A stretch of 64,000 bases of DNA, taken from NCBI GenBank assembly GCA_964252035.1, contig OZ176202.1, one strand, 5' to 3'. Made by a program: the position numbers and the translations under genes. The stretch's first letter is position 1. Each line of letters starts with the position of its first letter. Positions 1 to 12,900 of the stretch are shown here, piece after piece. This DNA is from Podarcis erhardii. Its lineage: Eukaryota. The notes under the pieces were generated by a model. That model had not been told where the DNA came from, ran no database searches, and saw nothing but the letters and a program-made list of their open reading frames with translations.

Positions 1-111
1 GTAAAATGTAATGTTAATAGCAAAAAATATATATGTAAATCCACGCTTTACTTAGAACTATCCATCACAGAACTGTGGAGCTGGAATCTTGGGGGGGGGG
101 GGATTGCTTAC

Positions 112-497
112 CTGGAATGTGAAGATATTTCACTGAGGTCTCCCATGCTACCATCACCTGTATGACTGCTAGAAATGGCGGAAGCATAGCTGTGAACAGC
201 ATACATTTTAGTCTCATCATCTGGTCCCGGAGTTTCAGATGATTCAGCCCACTGATCAGTCCGGCTATGTATCCCTGACCGGCTTCCAGCCAGGTGCAAA
301 GGAGCCAAAATTGGAGCAGGCATACAAGGAGCTGTATCAATCCCACTGTCAGTAGAAGCCCCTTTAATGTATGTTAATCCAAGCAAGTCAGTGTCCATTA
401 GGTCTTCGGAGCCAAAGTGCTTATCATCACTGTTGCTGGATGTGTTACTTGACAGGGTATTACTGCTGGAATGGCTGGAACAGTTTTTGTCTCCAAT
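112..497 (-). CDS. SIPA1L2: SIPA1L2 coding exon 13 (IGDKNCSSHSSSNTLSSNTSSNSDDKHFGS...DLSEISSHS), 386 nt; the gene continues beyond the left window edge
   Basis: Overlaps ORF 108..512. Acceptor tttaAG, donor CAG|GTAAGC, phase 0 to 2. The Ser-rich SSNTLSSN and DSGIDT motifs are typical of the SIPA1L family. Confidence 0.96.
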
Positions 498-2525
498 CTT
501 AAAGAGAAACATTTTACAATACAGTTTTACTTCCTCTTATTCACAGTTTCATCAATCAAAGAAGCAAGCAGCTGCCTCACTACTTGTTGGAAGTGCCAAA
601 TAAAAATGAAGCAGATATAATGAATAATGCTAACAGCATAAACTTGTAATATGGATAAAATAATTAGTATTTTGATTAACACATGCTCAAATGCATCTTG
701 GTGGTGGTGGATTTTTTTGAGTGACTTTTTGAATTAACATGTTTTGCTTATTGCATGATTTAATGGATATGGCATTATCATTTGTATTTTAATTTTTTTT
801 ATAATTTGTAAGCTGCTTCAGGACTCTGGCTATGGGAAGCAAAGAACAAATTTAATAAAGTAAAGTAAAAACAGGATGAGAAATAATTTGCCCATTGTAT
901 AGATTTCACTGTGCAGAGTGAATTGTGTTCAGTACAGAATAAATGTTATAATAATGTCCATTTTGTTATAAGAGAACCTCAACATGTTTGCAAGTAATTG
1001 AACACAAGATGAACTATTTTAAGAAAAAGACTGGCATCAGCCTCTGCATTTGCCCCTCCTGAAGCTGGGCAAGCAAGGGACAGCGAAACCCAAACTGTTC
1101 TCACCTTCTCTTCCCCACTTTGCCATAACAAGCAAAATATGCAGGATTCAAAATCAAGAAATACAGATAAAGTCAACAGTATCAGTTCCTCTTGTATTGA
1201 GGAAAGTCAATGTTTAAAAGGGTGTAAGTGAGGAAAGGAAAAGGGATTTAAAATGCCTGTGTCATATTAAAAAATAGCCAGCACATATCCACCTAAATGT
1301 GTATGTTTGCAGAAACATAGGATAAGACACAGGATAACCTTGTGCCAATGTTGCTCCCTCAGGTGGCTTATATAACCAGTGCTGTTTCGATCCTACAATC
1401 ATCCTTCAGTCATGAAGATGTGCTGTGACCAGCACTGGTTTTGTCCGGACAGAGTGTGGGAATCAAATATGCTGAAATAGTAGCTTTGATGATTGCTCTT
1501 TTGTTTCACTGACAAAAAGGCGATGAACATTTGCTAGCTGCAACACGGGGGAGGGACTGCTTATGCATATGAACTAGAGGAAAGCGAAGAATTTGGCTTG
1601 GCATAGTTCCCTTGTCATTTAATTTACCACAAAAGTGATATTTGTGCACAAACAGGCTCTATTTTCCAAATCTCACACTTCAGTTCTCACATTATTTAAT
1701 TCAGCTGGAAATAATTGTTTCTTAACATCAGGTCATCACCACCACCACACAAATTAACAGGAACAAGCATAACAATATATTCTTATTAGATGCATTCTTT
1801 AAATGTGAAATTTTGCCTAAATAAAAGAAGTGCAATTGCTGGTAATTAAAACAGATGCTTATCCCTCACAATATGACAAGAAATGGCAATGTATGAATGT
1901 CACTTGAATACAATAGGAAATGTATTCAGGACTATGCAAGTCAATGTAAATTACGTTCTAATCAGACACCAGAGTGATGCTTACATGAAGCTTTAATCCA
2001 TGCAGTGCCCTAGAAACCTGCACATGCCCTTTATAATGAGATTGTTTGAGGTCACTGCCAGAAAGAATACTTGAAACTACTTCTGCATCAGTGATGCTTA
2101 TTAGTTGTGCACACACTTTAGAAAAAAATTCAAGACTCTTGCAATTTATTCCACATCTGAGATTATAACACTGGCAGATACAACTGGATGGCCTCTTTTC
2201 CACTCAATTTTACAGTTTTTCAGTTATTCTATTAAAATGATAGGTCGCAAAACAATGCCAAACAGAACTGTAGGACATAGCAAGATACAGAAATAAATTT
2301 ATTAACCCCAATAGCTCATTCATCTTGCAGGATAGTTTACCATCTATAATTCGTACTTCCCATTTCTATACGGGAAAGCAGGGACAAAACATACACTTTA
2401 AATCAAGTTGCTGGCTCAAACGCAACCAGCTATTTGCACAGCTCTCCCAACTTTTGCAACAGAGACTGTGCCCACATATTTGGAAAGATTCCTAAATTTG
2501 GGAAACCCTAAGAAAAAAGACTTAC

Positions 2526-2629
2526 ATGAGAAAATTTGTTTGGTGAATCCTTGCCACTGTTCTCTTTCTGTAAAGCGCGGTCTTTATAGGAACTCAAGAC
2601 TTTGGTTGATGGTGCATGCCACTTGGTTT
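2526..2629 (-). CDS. SIPA1L2: SIPA1L2 coding exon 12 (ETKWHAPSTKVLSSYKDRALQKENSGKDSPNKFSH), 104 nt
   Basis: Translated by hand; not in the ORF track. Acceptor ggcAG, donor CAT|GTAAGT, phase 1 to 0. Confidence 0.93.
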
Positions 2630-3482
2630 CTGCCATAAATAATTATGTGTTTTAATTTCTAAACGCACAAAACATATTGTACAATGAAAAGAAGCTCACA
2701 ACTTAATGCTATATGCATCAGGTTGAAACAGTGATGTTCTTTGAAATTTCCTAGAGCAGAGTTTACTCTTGCCCATCATCTTAAAAGATAATTAAACTTA
2801 TGTCTATACAGCTTACTAAATGAGAGTTCTGAATAAGAAGGGCCTGTTTGTACATGTCCTTTTGCTGTGTCATTTCTACAAACATGGAAATGCAAGCACA
2901 ATGCAAAATCAACACACACATCCTCTTAATGTTCTGATGATCAAAAAACAGAGGGAGATAAACAGTATCATTTTAAAAGGAGTCATCCCAGTAGCTTTGA
3001 GGAAAAGTAATTTAGCTTGTATGTGGATTAAAAAATATCTTAAAACTCTCTGCAAACAACAAATGTGATGAGATACATATGCAGCTGATTCTAGTCTTTA
3101 TTCAAGAGAGTACTATGCGCAGGTGCACAAGACTGTGAAAATATGGTAGAAAATGGTGTGTGCAAGGATGTTTGCAATTATACGAGGAAGACAGAAACAG
3201 GGAAATAGGAATATAAAAAGAGAGAAAGGAAGTAGCAGAACTGTATTAGAAAAAAACAGCCTTGTGGGACCATATACACATTTAGCTGCAGCAAAAGCTC
3301 CCGATCATGCCACAGCACTAATTCTTGTAAGTTCCACACAAGGACAAAAATGGTACCTGATAACTATAAATCTTGAGATTTAGCATGAGTGAATCTGTAT
3401 TTTCAGCAATCACACTCTCACGTGAAGAAAAATCCTCTGTAGTTTTACACACAAATATGCAAATCTCATATGGGTGGAATCA

Positions 3483-3660
3483 GGTTTTGAAACAGAGATA
3501 GCCTTGATTGGCCTGGTGGAGGATTTATACCAGAAGCTGGGCAAGGAGAGTACTTGTTCTTGACCTCTCACTATCAACCATGGCATCCTTCTAGATCACT
3601 GAGCTGGGATGAGACTTGGAGAAAATGTCCTTCTTGGCCAGATTTCAGAATGTGCCAATG
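3483..3660 (+). mobile_element. L2 LINE reverse-transcriptase fragment (pseudogenised)
   Basis: Translates as GFETEIALIGLVEDLYQKLGKES, then LDLS...TINHGILL with frameshifts. This resembles the L2 RT segment STETAL...LDLSAAFDTIDH. Confidence 0.65.
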
Positions 3661-3869
3661 GGAATAATCTTTGGGATATAATTGTGTCATAGGGCTGATA
3701 TTCTCAACCATGTTGTTTAACATTTACATAAAATGGCTAGGAAAGATTTCCAAAGGTTTTGCATTTGTTGCCATCAGTATGCCAGTGATAGTTTAATAAT
3801 GCAAAACATTATACAAGTGGAAAACAAACCAGCAAAGCTGTAATTAAACTGAAACAGAGTAATAATTAC

Positions 3870-3973
3870 CATTGGGATGCCTGGTCGCTTCCAATGATTC
3901 TTCATGTTCTCTGCCTCCTTCACTCTCCAGTGGCCCTGAACCCTGGTGATCGTGAAGTAAAGGGGACTGGCAC
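3870..3973 (-). CDS. SIPA1L2: SIPA1L2 coding exon 11 (CQSPLLHDHQGSGPLESEGGREHEESLEATRHPN), 104 nt
   Basis: Lies within ORF 3844..4062. Acceptor ttaacAG, donor ATG|GTAATT, phase 2 to 1. Confidence 0.92.
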
Positions 3974-4582
3974 CTGTTAACAAAGAAAGAAATTGTTGCT
4001 TTCCCCTGCTCACTAGGAAAGCTTCTCATCCAGTTTATAAAATCCCTGCTGTAAAATGGCACAACTATATATTTTCAGTATTGACAACTGGTAAGCAAAG
4101 AAGAGTAAAACATTCCACAGTAGTTAGAGCAATTTAAATATATTCTGCTTAAGTTATTATTTATCTAAGATTTATACACAAAGTTGCCCAAATATAGCTG
4201 CTGATACCCCTGCTCAACACATTAGATCTTATGTTGATTTCTTTTTTAAATGGGTGGTTTTGTTACAAGCTGAACCACTTTCACTTGAGCAAAGCAGGGT
4301 ACCAGTTTTTCACTAATCAGGTCTACCCAGCCTAGCCCGTTCCACCCACCCACAGCCAAATGCTGCTCCAAAAGCTTCCCCTGAGGGTTGGGAAACCCTC
4401 TTGAACAGTATGAGATATGACACAGGGGGCTGCAATTGCTACAGGGGACTGGTGAAAAAGAGCTCCCTCTTCTTGTGCTAGTTGATGCACTTCCACTAGC
4501 AAATAGACACCACTAGATACCACCACCATACAGCTATGTATGGATTGCCACCAAGCCTTCAGATTGACTACAGCAGCACATA

Positions 4583-4762
4583 CCATATTTCCTTGAATCT
4601 AATGTGCCATCGAATCTAATGCACACCTCAATTTTCGGAACCTTGAAACCAAAAAAAGTATTTGCTGGTGAATGTAAATGTGCCATCAAATCTAATGCGC
4701 ACCTTAATTTTCACAATGTAATTTGGCCAAAAAAGGTGAGCAATAGAATCAAGTAAATACGG
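4583..4762. mobile_element. Tc1/mariner MITE, 180 bp
   Basis: Imperfect TIRs CCATATTTCCTTGAATCTA / TAGAATCAAGTAAATACGG, TA on both sides, and internal repeats of AATCTAATG(C/T)GC. Confidence 0.8.
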
Positions 4763-4892
4763 TAATTAAATTATTATCTTTACAAAGCCACCTATGAAAC
4801 ATTCTACAACAGCCAGTTGGATAGTCCACACGTAAATTAGCTTCTACAGTTACTGTTCATAAAAAGGGATTCAGATGTAAAGAAACAAATAC

Positions 4893-4976
4893 CCATCATA
4901 TCCCACTTGGTGTCTCCACTGACTGCTCCCACTTGGTCCTGGGTCACTGGAGGATGATTGGTTGCTCGGTGAACTT
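4893..4976 (-). CDS. SIPA1L2: SIPA1L2 coding exon 10 (SSPSNQSSSSDPGPSGSSQWRHQVGYD), 84 nt
   Basis: Translated by hand. Acceptor tttcAG, weak donor TGG|GTATTT. Phase 2 to 2, joining in frame to CQSPLL of the next exon. Confidence 0.92.
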
Positions 4977-5992
4977 CTGAAATAGTGACTCAAGTAATTA
5001 ACCATGTACACAGATCTGTGGTGCTTCAACAACAATCATTTTTTGATATAAATTCCTAATGAAATTAGAAATACAGACAACAATATGAAGACATTGGAAT
5101 AGTTTTTGTGAAATTGAAACCATTTTTAGATGCAGGGACATCTAATGATATGCAGCCTCCCTTCATCCCCTACAATCTGCTCTGGAGGGGCCTGCAATGA
5201 GGGAGCAAGAGAATAGTGAAGTCTGCTCGTGTGATACTGGACGTTTCCTACAGTCTGCACATTTTCGCATAATGACCACAATTCAGCACTTTTTAAAGTA
5301 CATATAGATAGATCCTTGCAAGCAATAGTGTCTTTGGGCTCATCCGCACTTCCATTTGTCCTGTGATTTCTAGGTACAGGCCTGAGAGGGGATTTTTTTT
5401 TGTCCAGCCACTTTCCCTGGAAAAACCCGCTGCCTACTACTGAATTGGAACAAACGTCAATTGGGTTTTCATTTAACTTTTAAGTTATTTCAGTTTTTAA
5501 ACAAAGACATCATTCCACAAATATCAATTTGCTCTTGGACCTTAATAGCCATGTTCTACTGACATTACAAATATAATAAAACTCTTTTGGAATGAGATGA
5601 AAGTATTAGCCTGCAAGCAATTAATTTCATTTTTTTAAATGCTTGTTGCTCTTATTCAGAAGTTCTTATTTTATTGGTCGACTAGCACAGTGGCCAAAAT
5701 TGCCTGGTACCTAGCTTTTATATTCCATTATAAATAGAGAGGAGGGTGTGAGTTTTAATGTCGTCTACCTTTTAAAGTATCATTAGCACTGACCATTGTT
5801 TCAACAAGGATTAGTGGAGGCAAACACTAAGCTCACTGCAGCTCAAATCTGTTAAAACCTTGTACAGTAGTATGTGAATGAGGTTTAAAAAGAAAACAGC
5901 TTTTAAAAAATCACTTCATACCAAAGACCAGAAAGGTTTACTAATAAAGCACTAAGAAAATACAGGAATTAATAACAGAGAGAACATATTAC

Positions 5993-6250
5993 CTTGCACC
6001 ATCTGGCAGCTTTCTGTCAAATGAAGTACTGCGAGGAATGGCTGTTTGCGCCTGCTGGAGAAGCTGCTGGCACTGCAATCTATCAGCTGTTCCTAGGATT
6101 GGAGAGGCACGAGAAAGAGGCTGCCCTGCAGGAGCTGGCACCCGATGCCAAGTAGTATTCCTCCTGAAAGGGGTTTTATACTCACATGGGGTGCCTTCAC
6201 TGTCAAGTTTGTACTCCACCATGGGAATTCGACACAGTTCTGAGCAACCC
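5993..6250 (-). CDS. SIPA1L2: SIPA1L2 coding exon 9 (GCSELCRIPMVEYK...RKLPDGA), 258 nt
   Basis: Overlaps ORF 5989..6306. Acceptor cgcAG, donor AAG|GTAATA, phase 2 to 2. Confidence 0.96.
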
Positions 6251-9200
6251 CTGCGGTATACATAAACATAATAATCTTTGAGTCCTGTAGAGATACAGCC
6301 CATCATTTTTTAAAAAAGAAGCATAGCATGTGCATGTCATAAAATGATATGATTATATTATATCAATTATATCATATTATGAAATATGATCCATCATCAG
6401 TACTCTTATACTAGATTATGTAAAATTTAAGTTGTCAGAGATAAAACTGAATGCAAAGCAGCTTTTCCATTCCAAGGAAAACCTGCCTGCTGAACATGCC
6501 GCTAGTATCCCTGGTGTCCAAGATATCTAAGAGTAAACAAGGAAGACTTCAGTGGGGTTGAGGGGTTATTATATTACCCACAAGTTCACTGATGGCCCAA
6601 CTAGAGGATACATTAGCTCCATATCTGTGTTGTTTAAGTGCAGAGGACTATTTTTTAAAAACACATACTTCCTGCCCAGGTGGCCAAGCAGTATTAAGAC
6701 CCTATTATGGAGTAAGGGGGCTTTAACCCTTTAGCCTCCTTATGGTACCAATTCAGACCAGGCTTGCCATGCTGGCTTCTTGCATGGGGAAAGCAAGCTT
6801 TAAAAAACACACTGTGCTAATTGCAAGCTTGAGGGGCCAAGTTGACTGCAAAGGGTTAAAACCTTCATGCCCCACCATTCTAAGGTCCCAATCTAGATTG
6901 CCAGTAGAGGGATGGGCAATCTTTTTTAAATAATAATAATAACAGCACCACAATACCTGGCACTTAAGGGCAAATATACGGAGCCTTAAAACTCATCTAG
7001 AGGTTATTTGAATGGCTTCTCGGCAGGAAAAGGGCAAATTTACCAGCTGAGCCCTACAAAGCCCAAAACTTGAATAAGTGGAGTTTTCTACCTATAGTGG
7101 TCACTAACACAGCAAAAACTGAAGCCGATAATAATCTATGCTAGGACAGCATCACCTACATTAAGTATGGCTAGATTTTTTTAAAAATCAATGATCTGAT
7201 CAAACCTGAGTTTTGAGATAATATAACATGGACCTTTGATTTCAATGGATTTTCCAGAGTTTGATTTCAATGGTCTGTAGACTCATGAGGCTGAAAATCT
7301 TTAGCCATGGGAAGCACAGGGTCTAGCGCATCTGTCCACATTGGGAAGGAAAATATACTGAACATGTCAGTAGAACAGGGATAAAGCCTGGGAATAGATT
7401 AAGCTAGCAAATTAGCTATCCCTCCTGCTCACTGGACATATGCCTGTGGTTGTGAAATGCACTGACAGAAGCTTGAACTGGATATGGGGTAACAAAACTT
7501 AGGGCAGTGGTGTCTTTAACATTTTGTCAAGCACAGAAGGTGGGAAACCAGACACACATAATCTATTATAATTTGTCCCAGTTGCTGATTGTGGACTGGA
7601 GTTTTAACCTTTATAGAAAAGTATTGGAAAGAAAATCATGTGAGGAAATTTTTGGATGTGGAGAGTACTCTTTTTCCAGGGGCAGATAACTTGGAAAACC
7701 TCGTAAGTTTCATGATCATGTCTTCATCTTAGGATTTCCATCATAAGCGATGTCCACTAGTATTGTCTCCAAGTCCCCTGCTGTCATATTTTCTGGTCTC
7801 TGAAGGAAAGGTAGTTGAAGAGCAAAACAGTGTTTTCGCCATGAGATATAAAGTGAATTCCTTGTTGTTTGGGTGGTAGAGTCATAAACATTGTACAATT
7901 CAGATAGCTGGGCATCAAACAGGACAACATGATATATATGGGATCAATTATAAGGCAAGTCATGACATCATATGAATTTTAGAACCTGTGGTGACTTCCT
8001 TGTCTCTGGTCCCTTGAATCAGGGTTTAAGATGTGATCTAGTATGTTGTATATTCCCCCATGAACAAATATTTCGCAGCACAGACCTGTCTTTACAAAGG
8101 AAAGGAAAGGAGTCTTCTACAAGAGGGTTCTATGTTCATATTTAAGAGATTATATGTTTATATTAAGGTCAGTTTTAGTTTTAAACCAATTCCCAAATGA
8201 ATAGTTGAGTTAGCCTGTTCTTGCAAAAAAGAGTCTTACGGCACCTTGAGCCTTTGATGTTTTGCAATAACCTTCATGGTTTCAACCACATTATTTTTAG
8301 AAGAGAAACAGATTACAGACTGAACTTTTTAAAAATGTAAGATTACACTTTTATCCATTTTTATTCACCTTGGTTGGAAGTAGTAAAAAACAGTGGACTC
8401 TGGGGAAAACTATACGCAGTCCAGCCTGCTAAGAAGGCTTCAAAGAGTCGGATAATCCAGGAAGAGCAGACCTTCTTTTAAAGAGGCAGTTGAAGATTCT
8501 CATATCACAGGAAGTTTATACTGCAGAAAATCCCTTCTCCTTCTGTTGGGGTAGATGATGACTTAGGAGCCTGTAGAAGGGCTCTGACTTTTCTAGACTT
8601 TTTGCAGTCTGCAGCCTATCCTAAGCTATGGATCCAACTGTTTTGGAATGGCACCAGTGATGATCAGGAGAATAAGTACCAAAAAGTGTTATTTCATACT
8701 TGGAAGCAGATGGCAAAAATCTCCAAATGAAGCTGAGAAAATCTTTCAGCTGCCAAGTATATGCAACTTGAAAAAAACAATGATATACAGACATATTTCT
8801 ATGTCTTCCAAAGGCAGCACATGTGTGGCAATATGAGTGGCAGTAATAAAGGGATAATTTCCCCCATTTCACTCTAGGAAATTAATTTTTGGAGAACATC
8901 CATAAATAAAATGCAACATATATATCACCAATTCTACAATGCTATAGTTAAATATGTTAATGTGGCAGTCATACACAGCAAGCACTCTCCCTATTAAAGA
9001 AAGCTAACTGAACGCTTGAATTAGCTGAGATAAAAAAATCATTTATTAAAGTGGGTATAACGGACATGTATTCTGTCCTCATAATATCCATCTGCCTAGC
9101 TACAAAGGCACATCTAGCACACGGCTGCCTCTTTTAACCTAAGCTTCCCTTTCTACTTTCTCAGTTTCTTCCTTGCTTCATCTGTTCTGGATACTTTTAG

Positions 9201-9939
9201 TTGAAAGTGAGAAATGGAAGAAAACATTGGTTGCCCAATCTCAAAAAGAATATTTAGACCTGAAAAGGGTGCAGAAAAGTGCAAGCAAAATGATTTGGGT
9301 TTGGAATACCTTACCTATGAGGACAGAGCATGCGGACAAGTAGTAGCTAACATTTTTGGTGCTGAGGACTGCATCGACCCATGGCCAATCCCTCAGGGGC
9401 TGCATGTCAATGTGAGTGTAGTCAAAGCCAAACCTTCTTAACTATTTGCCTCATTAAATATACTGAGTATCCCCACCCCTTTCCTCAATATTCCTTATTA
9501 CTTTCTATCCTTTCCCCCCTTATTCTTCATTAATTTCCATTCCATAAGCCACATTTCTACTCTATTTCCCTATTTCAAATCCCTTATTAATTTTCACTCT
9601 TTTCAAAAACATTGATTAATTGCCACCACTTCCCCCCTTATTCCCATATTGATGCTTTCCCCATTCTATAGTAAACAGTTCACTTTATTCAGAAAGCACT
9701 GCTCACTTAACTAAAAGCAACCAGTCCCCCCAGTATACAATCCATCCTTTATTAAAATAACTTATAAGATCCATTCCATCTATTACAAAATAGCACTTCT
9801 CTCACAGACTGTGTTAGCTGCAAGTCTCATTAGAACCAAATGAGCACTACCCATTTAACAAGAAAGCCATCTGTGAAAAGGGCAAAAGAATGTCAGCAGT
9901 GAAGACACAAATAACCTACTAGCTACTGTGACTTCTTAC

Positions 9940-10214
9940 CGTCTAGGTGATCCATCTTCATGTGGCTGGATAATCACCACCTTTACAGTCACAGAAGTGC
10001 GCAGCAGGTCAATCATTTGTTCATGAGTCAGGGTTGCTACAGCTACTTTACAGATCTCCACAAGGCGACTGCCTTGACGTAGGCCAGCTTTCCAGGCAAA
10101 ACCAAATGGTTCCACATCTGCTACAATCCCTTCAAAGTTAACATGGAATCCAAGCTGTCCCAAGCCATTTCTCCTTAAGGTCATTTCTGTTGTTTCACAT
10201 CCTCTAGTTACTAT
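9940..10214 (-). CDS. SIPA1L2: SIPA1L2 coding exon 8 ([29 protein letters not shown]...HEDGSPR), 275 nt, PDZ domain
   Basis: PDZ carboxylate-binding loop LGQLGFHV. Acceptor ctttAG, donor ACG|GTAAGA, phase 0 to 2. Confidence 0.97.
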
Positions 10215-12071
10215 CTAAAGGAATAAGAAATTAGTGAGACCACAGTATAAAAGAATAGTGATGTAAAAATTCCAGAAATGGTGAGCTGTGGGTAGGGTGA
10301 TATTGAAATGGTTTTTAAAATGTGATTTTATCCCCCTGCCATTAAGAACATGAAGTGTAATATTTATTAAACCTATAAGATAAAAATTTATTGTTTGATA
10401 TGTTTCTGAAATCCAAAAGTAATAACAACTTTGTTTTATTAGAACAATTATAAATCAGTGTCATGATGGAACCAATACATAAGGAGCCACACTGTTAACT
10501 GGGACTTACTCCCAGCTAAGTGTTTAGGATTGCAGACTTAAGGTCTTCCAATTATTCTATTTGTGCTAGCATTCCAGCTTGCTAAATGGAACAATACGCT
10601 TCCCCCTGCACATTGTTCTGGAGGTTCTCCCAACCCTCTAAGCCAATTCTGGAAGGCATGGGGGGTGGGGGGGGGAGAGAGATGGGGGAAGCCTTATAGC
10701 ACAAGTGAAAGTCCTTGCACAAGGCTTCCACTGACAGGGCTGGTTAGGTGAATCCTAACCTAAGTTACCTAAAAACAAGATGAAAATAAAAATTGTTTGC
10801 TGTATTACAGTGTATAGTAGTTGTGTTATTGTGAGACACCCTGTAATTTTTTTTTTTATTAAGGGCCATGCATAAATATTTTAAACAAATTCTTAAAAGA
10901 GGAGTCAAAAGCCAGCCTGTACAAAGTCCACCAGGTTTCAGAATCAAAATGACTGGAATACTCTCATAATGTACTTCTGGACCAAACACTCAAAGATGTA
11001 CTCTGCAACTTCTGAAGTAAGTTTCCAACATCAAGATAGAAAATAATTACTTCTTCAGTAATCCTGTCAGACACAGTATCAGTTCTGTCATCAGTCTTAT
11101 TACTGCTTTGGAATCTTAAGACTAAACTTTTTCAGCAGGGTAAATTAACTGTCGGATTCTTTTATCCACATTAGTATTACACATTCTGAAATGTGCATTT
11201 CCTAAGAGATCCCCCCCTCCCAACTACCAATTGTTCAGTAATCTGTTTCTAGTCTTGCATGCACACCCACATCCACTTTTCATATACACCCATTTCTTTT
11301 CCACCACTTTCCTTTTTTTTTTTTTTTACCAAGTCTTCACATCTCCATCAATGGACACATGCCTTCTGAAACATGTAAGGAACTGCTTTCAAACAATGCA
11401 AAGTCACATGTACTAATATATTATACCCCTCGGGTAGCTAATATTGTTTTTGTCATTCATGGCTGACTAGAGATTTCTGAATAAAGATGTTGTTCTCCAA
11501 GCTCTAACATTTGATGCCCCTGGAGCAACCATCTGTGCTGTGTCCAGTTTCTAAGACAGTACATTTCTCTTACTGATTATTATAACAATTCAGGGATTGT
11601 TTTGTTTGTAGAAGACTTAGCAGCAGCCTTATATTAAACAAGGAAGCAAAACAGTAATTTACTGAAGTCTTTACAGGTACAGATCACTTTTTTTTATTAG
11701 AACAATGCTAAATTATTGTAACCTGACTCATTTGACTGGGTCAGATTATATATCTGAACAATATAACACACTTAAAGAGAATCTGAATTAAGTGAAAATT
11801 CTCTATTATGCTTAGTAGAATTGTCTGGATTTTTACTTCTTGAAATAAGGCAACCCTAACTGTACTAAAAAGGGAGAATTCTGTTTCAGACTACAGCTGC
11901 CACATTTCCAGTTTAAGCCTGAAATACAGAAATATCCCTGAAGTGGTCCAGTAAACTTTTCATTTTTAAAATTCTATAGTCAGGTATCATATTTATCCAT
12001 CTCCATTATCTTGAAAAATTACTGACGATAGCATTTGAAATTGCCAAGCACTTAAAAGAAAGCATACTTAC

Positions 12072-12648
12072 TTCCAGTCTTTGAACCATTTCTCTGATGT
12101 CATCAGCACAGTTATCAAGTGCTGAGAGAAGAACACATTCTCCTCTTTCATAAAAAACTTTAACACTCATTAATCCAGATGTCCACCCAATAACATCTCT
12201 GCAGGAACAGTTGAAAACAACATTCTTTGATTCCTTTTCAATCAGCACGATGAACTCATTTGAGATACCAAGAAGACATTCAATGTCAAGGGACTGACCA
12301 AAGTCTCGTGCTATCACATTCCATATCACTGCTCCAATGCTGAATAAGTGGGCATCCTTCCTTGGTTTCACTCTCTCCTTTTTCTTTGCTCCCAGTGTAA
12401 TAAAACTAAACTTGACTGACGTCTCTACTGTAGCGGTAGTAACAAAGTTTTCTGCAAGATCTTTCAAGTACTCTTGCCGTGTTCTAGTGGCCATGGCTCG
12501 AAATTTTTCTGACTTGTGTGCTGCATTTTCTGCATTAATAACTTTGGCCAAAAGGAAGTCCCGGAAAACTGCTGATTTAGGGAAAGTCACTCCTTTAGGT
12601 ATTGGTGGCCCGAAAGGTGGTACATCTTTTGACCTTGAAACTCCAACA
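12072..12648 (-). CDS. SIPA1L2: SIPA1L2 coding exon 7 ([16 protein letters not shown]...REMVQRLE), 577 nt, end of RapGAP plus linker
   Basis: Overlaps ORF 12006..12590. Acceptor ttctAG, donor GAA|GTAAGT, phase 2 to 0. Confidence 0.97.
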
Positions 12649-12842
12649 CTAGAAAGTGAAGAAAACTTATTATAGGATCAATGTTTTGTAAGTTATTTTA
12701 ACTAAAACATTATTTGTTTATACATAAGATATTCATGCACCTACCAAGGACAATAAAAATTTATATAATAAACTACCTCAAAACTCTTCAAAACCAGAAA
12801 TTCTCAGGAATTACATTTGCAGCAAAATGAGAAAAATAAAAT

Positions 12843-12900
12843 AATAGAATTGTAGAGTTGGATGGGACCACTAGGATCATCCAGTCCAACCCTCTACAGA
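12843..12900 (-). mobile_element. Short CR1-type 3' tail
   Basis: ATAGAATTGTAGAGTTGGATGGGACC...TCCAGTCCAACCCTCT is the reverse complement of the CR1 terminal segment. Confidence 0.65.

Noticed and set aside
12337-12675. Plus-strand ORFs antisense to SIPA1L2 exons (also 367..603, 2408..2638, 6038..6265, 35107..35466)
   Set aside because: They are shadow ORFs of real minus-strand coding exons.
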